From the NCBI GenBank assembly GCA_004554395.1, contig SFMP01000064.1, positions 1-49,179 on the forward strand: a DNA stretch of 49,179 nt, in the 5' to 3' direction. The stretch is from Myxococcales bacterium (lineage in GTDB: Bacteria > Myxococcota_A > Bradymonadia > UBA4248). The translations under genes and the position numbers were made by a program. The notes beneath the pieces were generated by a model. The model was not told the origin of the DNA, did no database searches, and saw only the letters and a program-made list of their open reading frames with translations. The first letter of the stretch is position 1, and every line of letters begins with the position of its first letter. Of this stretch, positions 32,628-39,435 are shown in pieces.

Positions 32628-33788
32628 ATGCGACGCAACATGATTAGCAAACGCATCGCGGTCGCTTTTTGTTCAAAAAAACACGACTCATGGCGACGAG
32701 GAGTGCATGGCATGGGATGGAAAGATATCGATTTTGCAGAGGCAGCCCAGATTCAACAACGGCTTGGATTGCGCATCGACTGGATGCGCCGCCTTGGGCG
32801 CTTGTTATCGGAGTCGTTTGGGCGCAAATGCGATGTGGCGAGCGGCGCGGGGCTTGCGCGGGCCATTGCCGAATTCGAGTGCGAAATGGGGATCGAACCG
32901 ACGGGAATCGTCGCGTGCGCAACGCGAAAGGCGCTCATCGCGCAATTCGAATCGTTGGGTGTTCGATGGATAGGCCCGAATCTAGAGCCGGGGGTACTGT
33001 TTTCGTGGCAGACCGAAGCGACATTGTATGAACGCTATTGCGAAAACGTCGAACGGCTCGATGGCGCTTGGATGCGTCGAGATTATGCGTTGCAATTGGT
33101 CGGATTGCGCGGTGTTCGCTTGCGTAGCCGTTGCCTTGAGCGCACCGATAGCGCCATGCGCTTTGCGCAGTCGGCGTATGGCGATCGCCAGCATTTGAGC
33201 GCCGATAAGCCCGATTATTTCGATAGTGCCATGGGCTTATTTTGGGTCGAAGATGGGGTAAAGCATGCGCAATTATATCGTTGTGTCGTGAATCCGGCGT
33301 CGGTGTGGGCACAGGGCACGGCGCACCTCAACAATGGGCAATATGCGTATGGCGTGGGGCGGCACAGAACGCGCGATAGCGCCCATATAGATGCGGTGCG
33401 CCGCTATGCCGATATATCGTGGGATAAATCGTGGATTTATGACGATTCGGGCGATAGCGTGCAATACATAGCACTCGTGGGTACATCGCCAATCGAAGTC
33501 GTGAGGAGTACGGGGGCATCGCTCGACGTATCGGATGCCGATATCGCCCGAGCCGAAAGTGCCTTTGCCGATCGGACGCCCGAATACGTCGATGCGCAGA
33601 AAATTCGCATCAATATCCATAGTTGTGCAGAAAATAAGCCATCTTCGCTAGGGTGCCAAAATATTGCGCCTGAAGATTATGCGTCCTTGATGTCGACGAT
33701 ATTGCGATTGACCGAATTGCAGAAGCGCCGATATGGGTTTGAGCTCCCGATAGAGTACTTTTTGAGCGATGGATCGTGGTTCGAGTAA
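32628..33788 (+). CDS. Hypothetical protein; PG-binding-like segment and a C-terminal H-x9-S-x-G-C motif (start uncertain, possibly 32709)
   Basis: ...LARAIAEFECEMGIEPTGIVACATRKALIAQF resembles a peptidoglycan-binding helix pair. ...INIHSCAENKPSSLGCQNI resembles the YkuD catalytic signature. No signal peptide is evident. Confidence 0.6.
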   Translation: MRRNMISKRIAVAFCSKKHDSWRRGVHGMGWKDIDFAEAAQIQQRLGLRIDWMRRLGRLLSESFGRKCDVASGAGLARAIAEFECEMGIEPTGIVACATRKALIAQFESLGVRWIGPNLEPGVLFSWQTEATLYERYCENVERLDGAWMRRDYALQLVGLRGVRLRSRCLERTDSAMRFAQSAYGDRQHLSADKPDYFDSAMGLFWVEDGVKHAQLYRCVVNPASVWAQGTAHLNNGQYAYGVGRHRTRDSAHIDAVRRYADISWDKSWIYDDSGDSVQYIALVGTSPIEVVRSTGASLDVSDADIARAESAFADRTPEYVDAQKIRINIHSCAENKPSSLGCQNIAPEDYASLMSTILRLTELQKRRYGFELPIEYFLSDGSWFE

Positions 33789-33796
33789 AATGGCGT

Positions 33797-34756
33797 CTAT
33801 TGGGCGGGCGAGGTGCTGGCCTCTTGGGCGTGGTTGGATTGGAGGCCTGCGATGGCGTTGACTTTTTCTTCGTCGATGAGGACTTTTGCATCGTTCATGA
33901 GATTTTGGATGATTTGTGCAGTGGCGAGTTTTCGCCCGTGCATGACGATGTTATCGACGATGAATTGTCGATCGTCTTGTATCGAAGCTTTTTTTCCTGG
34001 TTTTAGGCTTTTGAACAAGATGATGTGGTATCCGAATTGCGATTCGACGATGGGGCTCAGTTTTTGCGTTGGCGATAGCTTAAAAGCCGCCTCGGCAAAC
34101 GGTTCGACGACGTTTTGATAGCTCAATTGCTCGCCCATGAACGACGTCATCGTTTCGCGCGGGAACGTGAGATCTTCGTTCATATCGGCGCGGAATCCTG
34201 CATGGAGTAGGGTTTCGGCATAGCTTCGCAAAGCGTCGTCGGTGTAGTCGCCCGATTGGACGATTTTGTCGTGTACAGCTTGGAGTGCCGAACGCCTTTC
34301 TTCGTCGGTCGAACTTTCGTCGGGCTTGATGAGCAAATGGCTCGCCGTGAGCAGGGCAGGATGCCCGCTTTTGAACGCATAGGCGTCGATGGCGGCTTGG
34401 ATCATATCGTCGCCAATCGTCTCGGGGCTGTAGACATCTTCGATTTGCGTCTTGAGCCATGCATTGGCTAGGGCTTTTCGATCGGCCCATAGGGCAATGT
34501 CGGGATCGTATTTTTGCGCACTCATCTTTTGAATGCGGTCGAATTCGCGTTGCGTTTTTTCGGCATCCCAATCGGGGTGTTTTTTGACGAAGATGGCGTA
34601 TTCTTCGGCTTTGAGCGCATCGGTTTGTTTGGGCAATTGCCCCGTTTTGTAGGGGTAATATTGCTCGCGGTCTTGCACATCGCCGTCGTGACATGCGGCG
34701 CAAGCCAAACATAAAATGATCAAAATACCGAGGAATGGATCGAGGCGTAACTTCAT
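33797..34756 (-). CDS. Parvulin-type peptidyl-prolyl isomerase (PrsA/SurA-like) lipoprotein
   Basis: Start trimmed to MKLRLDPFLGILIILCLACAAC (lipobox). The rotamase core is ...LLTASHLLIKP...VVEPFAEAAFKL...SPIVESQFGYHIILF. Confidence 0.85.
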   Translation of the reverse strand: MKLRLDPFLGILIILCLACAACHDGDVQDREQYYPYKTGQLPKQTDALKAEEYAIFVKKHPDWDAEKTQREFDRIQKMSAQKYDPDIALWADRKALANAWLKTQIEDVYSPETIGDDMIQAAIDAYAFKSGHPALLTASHLLIKPDESSTDEERRSALQAVHDKIVQSGDYTDDALRSYAETLLHAGFRADMNEDLTFPRETMTSFMGEQLSYQNVVEPFAEAAFKLSPTQKLSPIVESQFGYHIILFKSLKPGKKASIQDDRQFIVDNIVMHGRKLATAQIIQNLMNDAKVLIDEEKVNAIAGLQSNHAQEASTSPAQ

Positions 34757-34806
34757 CGTTTCGTAGGATTGTCGTAATTTTTGGATTTGGGCGCGGGAAC
34801 AAAACG

Positions 34807-35007
34807 TCATTGCCGCCCCGAGGCGGCAATGGCTAATCGCGCAAACGCCGTACTCATATACCATAAAGCGACGCTGGCGATGGCAAAAAGGATCGCCTTA
34901 ATCCACATTTCGTCGATGGCAAAAAGGAGTGCGACGAGGAGAAGACCGCCTCCGGTGGCGAGGAGAATGAGCGATGCGATGTCGTAGACGGTCTTTCGTT
35001 GAGGCAT
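34807..35007 (-). CDS. Small hypothetical membrane protein (two TM helices)
   Basis: 66 aa with IASLILLATGGGLLLVALLFAI and AILFAIASVALWYM. It lies between the VKOR fusion and the PPIase on the same strand. Confidence 0.5.
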   Translation of the reverse strand: MPQRKTVYDIASLILLATGGGLLLVALLFAIDEMWIKAILFAIASVALWYMSTAFARLAIAASGRQ

Positions 35008-35022
35008 AGTCGTGTGACGAGA

Positions 35023-36231
35023 TTAAGCCTCGGCTTCGTTTGCGTTGGAATTTTGGGCGTTTTCGGCGCAATCTTTGCGGTGACGCGTCATCGTGAGGAA
35101 TCCGCCTGCGAGGAGTACGATAGCGGCGATGATGAGATCGAGGATGAAAGCTAGGGGATATTTGGCTTGTAGGGAGATTTCGCGCTTTTCGATGGCGTCT
35201 TTATAGCGTTGCATGCCAGCGCTTGCGTCGTAGCCGACGATTTCAGTGTCGTCGATCCAGACGGTAGGAGCGCCTTTGAAATTGATAGTTCCGAGTTTTT
35301 TGAGTTGTTCGTCGATGGCTTCGAGCGATTTTGGGTCGGAGAGGCATGCTTTGAACGACGTTTCTTCGATGCTACAGTCTTTGGCATGGGCTAGGATGCG
35401 ATCGGCGTCTTTGCTAGGGTCTTCGAACATGCATTCGGCGAAGGCGTTTTGTTTTTTCTGCAATTCAGCGCAGTAATAGGCGACGCAAGCTTCTTTGCGC
35501 GCCCCGAGGGGGATGGTGATGCGCGTGAAATTGATTTGATCGCCATATTCGGCGAGGAGTTTTGTGAATTGAGGGTGAAGATCTCGGCAGTGGGGGCAAT
35601 CGAAGCTGGAAATCTCGACGACGTTGATTTTTCCGGGTTTATACATCGATTGAATGTATTCTGGGGCAGTCGATTGAACGGCGGCTGGCTGGAACGCCCC
35701 CCATGTGAGCGGGCCGCCAGCGGCGATGATATACAAACCGATCCAAAGTGCCGGATGGAAGAAAGATGCGTGTTTTTCTTCGTCTGTATTGCGATTGATC
35801 ATGAGCAATACTGCGGGAATGACCATGAGCATCGCCGCGGTATCGATTCCCATGCACAAGTAGCAGAAAGCATGGATTTCGGTTGCTTGGACGATGACGA
35901 AGAGGAGCGCGCCGATGGCACAACAGATAATGGCGAGCGGTAGCCAGAACGTCGAAAGCGATTTGCCGAAGAGTTTGAGTTTCGTCTTGGTGAAGAAAAA
36001 GCTCGTCAAAAAGAAGAAAGAGTAGGCAAGGAGTCCGAGCGTGGGCAGGAAAATGCCATATTTTTGGCCAAAATCCGACTTTGCAACGATGTCGCACGAA
36101 GCGCCAGCACCGCAAAATGTGTTTGCATTGAAGTAGTAATCGACGGCTAATGCCGATGCGAAGACGAGTGCAACGAGCGAAAGCAATCGAATCGCTGTGT
36201 AGAGTGCACTGCGGGGAATGTTACGAAACAT
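35023..36231 (-). CDS. VKOR (vitamin K epoxide reductase family) fused to a DsbA/thioredoxin-like domain
   Basis: Loop cysteines FCGAGASCD, TM CxxC (FCYLCMG), then a periplasmic FDCPHCRDL thioredoxin motif and a C-terminal TM. Confidence 0.88.
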   Translation of the reverse strand: MFRNIPRSALYTAIRLLSLVALVFASALAVDYYFNANTFCGAGASCDIVAKSDFGQKYGIFLPTLGLLAYSFFFLTSFFFTKTKLKLFGKSLSTFWLPLAIICCAIGALLFVIVQATEIHAFCYLCMGIDTAAMLMVIPAVLLMINRNTDEEKHASFFHPALWIGLYIIAAGGPLTWGAFQPAAVQSTAPEYIQSMYKPGKINVVEISSFDCPHCRDLHPQFTKLLAEYGDQINFTRITIPLGARKEACVAYYCAELQKKQNAFAECMFEDPSKDADRILAHAKDCSIEETSFKACLSDPKSLEAIDEQLKKLGTINFKGAPTVWIDDTEIVGYDASAGMQRYKDAIEKREISLQAKYPLAFILDLIIAAIVLLAGGFLTMTRHRKDCAENAQNSNANEAEA

Positions 36232-36624
36232 ACGCCTACCTTGACAGATATTTATCGGGGCAAATCGGATCGCGATGCGCTATCCATAATAAATCGATGA
36301 TAAAAGAAAAACGCAAATTGCCGTGATAAGCGGTCGAATTGATGCGTTATTTGGGAATAATGCAAAGATGTAGCGAAATATTCTCAAATAATTTGTGCGA
36401 ATTTGAAAATATAGCACAGACGCGCTTTGCCTTGAATTCGTCGCGCAAAGCGGCTCGTGCCATTTACCAAAAGTCGGCCTTTTTGTAAACGTTCAAGCAT
36501 TTTGTGTAGTTGAATGTGGGTTGAGTGTGTGGTAGGAACGCCACCATCGGTGTGGGGTATTTTGCGTGAGCAAATGCACCGATAGGGATAGATCCTTTGA
36601 CGGCTTAGAGAAGAGGTATATGCC

Positions 36625-38979
36625 GTGTTATACCGAGAGTCAGTAGAAGCTTATCGGCTGAATGCCGATAGGCGTCGCGTTTTTCACGCACTCGAACCGC
36701 TCGTTCGTGAAGATCATGAACGCCTAGCACTTGCCGACTTCCTCGACAAAATGCCCTGGAATTATTCGCGCGAGGTTCCGCTAGAAGTGATTGCCGCGCA
36801 TTGGAAATTGCTTCGCAATCAGTTGACGGCACATGAATGTTGTTTTGCTCCGACGAGTGAGACGTTTACGCTCCACCACGATACTTGTGATTCGTGGATA
36901 GGGAAGACGGATTTGGGCCGCACGGCGACGGTGCTTCGCACTCTGACGAATCACGATTTTTCGCCGTTGCAGAGGGTATTTGCGCACGAAGACGGGAAGT
37001 TTTCGATAGCGATAGCTTGGCACAAAGACGAGACATCGCGTCGCGGTTATCCGTTCGATCCGCCGGCGTGGATGGGGACGTTTAAGCGCACGACGCTCAA
37101 CCATCGGAAGCAGTCGTCGAGCATTTCGTTCGACACGGTAGTCTTAGAAAATTCGACGTTATTCCGCATAGAAGTATTTAATTCGCCGCAGACGACGGTA
37201 TTGCGCAAGATCTGCGAGATCATGCAGCGCCATCAGATCATGCCGTCGACGATCGATTTTTGGTCGACGTTTAACGGTTGGACGGGGTCTCGCAAGATCA
37301 AGGAGCGCCATAGCCTCGAAATCGAAGTGCGAGAATCGCTCGAAGAAGACATCATCCAATCGGTCAAAGTCGATGCGTTCCGTTATTTGGTGGCGTTGCT
37401 CAAAGTCCATTCGCTGTTCGATATCATTGGGCCTGCGATGATCGGGCCGAGTAGTTCGCATACGGCGGGCGCATGTCGCATTGGCCAATTGGCACGAGCT
37501 GTATTTATGGCGCTTGAAGATGCTGGGCACTTTCAAAAAATCGAGAAATTCGAGATAAAGTTATTTGGATCGTTTCGCGATACGGGCCCTGGGCACGGGA
37601 CGCATATTGCGTTGGGGGCTGGTCTCAAGGGGTTACCGCCTGATTCGCCCAAGCTCAAATCGGAGGGCGATATCGAGGTCTTGTTGTCGAATGGGATCGT
37701 TTGGCGCGACAAGCGCGTGATTCCGTTCGAGGGCTTTGTCGCGGCGACGCCCGAAGAAGATAAACGGTATATTCGTCAACAGGGCGATTGCATCAACATC
37801 GCCGAAGTGACGGCGACGACCGACAACGGATTGTTTACGGTTGCGGGGTTTTCGACGGGCGGCGGCATCGTCGAGATGCGATTTATCAACAATACGCGGC
37901 TCGTGCCGAGTATATCGGGCAAGCGCGATTTATGGATAGGTGCGCCGCCTTTGGCGTCGAAACTGAGTTTGGCGCATGAGCCGATGAAGGGGAAATGCGG
38001 CAAAATTGCCCGTATTTATACGTCGCGAGCACCGCGCGATGAGCTCACCCTCGTCTTTAATACGTTCGACGAAGCACTCGAATATGCCAAAGATACGAGA
38101 AAGTCGCTCTTGACAATTGCACTCGAATTGGAATCGAAGCTTCAAGGTTCGAGTGAGAAAGAAATATTCGCCACAATGACCGAATTGTGGAATATTATGA
38201 AGGAATCGGTGCAAGAAGGCTTAGCAAATTCGGAACGCAGCCAAATGGGTTTGTCGGGTGGGGATTCGACGAAATTGCGAGCTTATCTCGAACGTCAAAA
38301 GTTTACGTCGTTCCACGCCTTGGCGTCGCTCTATGCCTTGGCTAGTGCCGAAACGAACGCCCACATGGGGCGGATCGTGGCGTGTCCTACGGCAGGCGCT
38401 TGCGGCATTATTCCCGGTGTTTTGCTCGCTTGGTATGAACTACTCGCCAAAGAGGGCAAAGACCCGAAAGAGTTGGAACGCAAGATTGTCGAAGCGTTGC
38501 TCGTGGCGGCATTTATCGGGATGATATTCTACGACGATATACCGACGGCGGGGGCGACGCTCGGTTGCCAAGCCGAAATCGGCATTGGTGCGGCAATGGC
38601 GGCGGCGGCAGTCGTCCATTTGAACGACGGAACGCCCGAAGACGTCGTCCATGGTGCGATTTTGACGATAAAGAATTGCATGGGGCTCGTTTGCGACCCC
38701 GTTGCTGGGCTCGTCGAAGTGCCTTGTATCAAGCGCAATGCGATGTTTTCGAACTTTGCGATTACGGCTGCCGATATGGCATTGGCGGGTATTCGTTCGC
38801 AGATTCCGCCCGATCAGGTCGTTTTGGCGGTCAAAGAAGTGGGCGAGCACATGAGCACGGATTACAAGGAGACGGCTCATGGTGGGTTGGCAGCGACGCT
38901 TAATGGCAAAGATATATCGCGCCGATTCGATGAAATGTGCCAAAAGTTGTTTTGTAGTGGTTGTCACCTTTGCCATTAA
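36625..38979 (+). CDS. sdaA: Iron-sulfur L-serine dehydratase, fused beta+alpha, with an extra ~260-aa N-terminal domain
   Basis: GAAGAGG RBS plus GTG. FDIIGPAMIGPSSSHTAGACRIG (beta-subunit start) occurs at about residue 265. ACPTAGACGIIPG, GLVCDPV and PCIKRNA are alpha-domain Cys ligand contexts. Confidence 0.88.
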   Translation: MLYRESVEAYRLNADRRRVFHALEPLVREDHERLALADFLDKMPWNYSREVPLEVIAAHWKLLRNQLTAHECCFAPTSETFTLHHDTCDSWIGKTDLGRTATVLRTLTNHDFSPLQRVFAHEDGKFSIAIAWHKDETSRRGYPFDPPAWMGTFKRTTLNHRKQSSSISFDTVVLENSTLFRIEVFNSPQTTVLRKICEIMQRHQIMPSTIDFWSTFNGWTGSRKIKERHSLEIEVRESLEEDIIQSVKVDAFRYLVALLKVHSLFDIIGPAMIGPSSSHTAGACRIGQLARAVFMALEDAGHFQKIEKFEIKLFGSFRDTGPGHGTHIALGAGLKGLPPDSPKLKSEGDIEVLLSNGIVWRDKRVIPFEGFVAATPEEDKRYIRQQGDCINIAEVTATTDNGLFTVAGFSTGGGIVEMRFINNTRLVPSISGKRDLWIGAPPLASKLSLAHEPMKGKCGKIARIYTSRAPRDELTLVFNTFDEALEYAKDTRKSLLTIALELESKLQGSSEKEIFATMTELWNIMKESVQEGLANSERSQMGLSGGDSTKLRAYLERQKFTSFHALASLYALASAETNAHMGRIVACPTAGACGIIPGVLLAWYELLAKEGKDPKELERKIVEALLVAAFIGMIFYDDIPTAGATLGCQAEIGIGAAMAAAAVVHLNDGTPEDVVHGAILTIKNCMGLVCDPVAGLVEVPCIKRNAMFSNFAITAADMALAGIRSQIPPDQVVLAVKEVGEHMSTDYKETAHGGLAATLNGKDISRRFDEMCQKLFCSGCHLCH

Positions 38980-38984
38980 GCGCA

Positions 38985-39375
38985 AAAGCGCACTTTGTGC
39001 GCCATGCCCAGCGTATTGGCAACGCCAATAGCTGGGCCAAGAGCGCGTATTGGCGACGCCAATAGCGCGACAAAGAGCGCGTATTGCCGTAGGCAATAGC
39101 GCGATAGCAACGCGTATTGGCCATGAGCCAATAGCGTTGCGTGAGCCGTATGCAGGCGTGAGCCGGCATAGGCGAACGAAGAGGCGAATTGCCGCAGGCA
39201 ACCGCCGAAAATGCGGCCGTATGCCGGCTCCGCCGGCATAGGCAAAACCGCGAGCCGTATGCAGGCGTGAGCCGGCATAGGCGAACGAAGAGGCGAATTG
39301 CCGCAGGCAATCGCCGATAATGTAGCTGTATGCAGGCGTGAGCCGGCATAGGCGGGCGCAAAGGGGCAAAATCGG
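38985..39375. repeat. Array of about 10 tandem GC-rich hairpins with a GTAT...ATAG signature (REP/BIME-like), including a 109-bp duplication
   Basis: Examples: GCGTATTGGC-AAC-GCCAATAGC, GCGTATTGGC-GAC-GCCAATAGC, GCGTATTGCC-GTA-GGCAATAGC, GTATTGGCC-ATGA-GCCAATAG, CCGTATGCAGGC-GTGA-GCCGGCATAGG (3 copies), CCGTATGCCGGC-TCC-GCCGGCATAGG. Confidence 0.9.
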
Positions 39376-39435
39376 CGGGGGCGAGCGCGAATAATATTGC
39401 TGTAACTTTTGTGTTATGCGAAGAAAATTCGGAAT

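Noticed and set aside
36232-36624. Possible riboswitch or leader upstream of the serine dehydratase gene (and upstream of dapD)
   Set aside because: I could not recognise glycine, lysine, T-box or other riboswitch consensus elements by eye; only a weak hairpin (CGCTTTGC...GCAAAGCG) is present. The dapD spacer is only 42 nt. An Rfam scan would be needed to be sure.
38985-39375. CRISPR array interpretation of the hairpin arrays (also 3060-3290, 19735-20217, 23404-23616, 49059-49179)
   Set aside because: There is no constant repeat alternating with unique spacers of similar length. The units abut each other or are separated by only a few nt, the stems vary, and no cas genes or leader are present.
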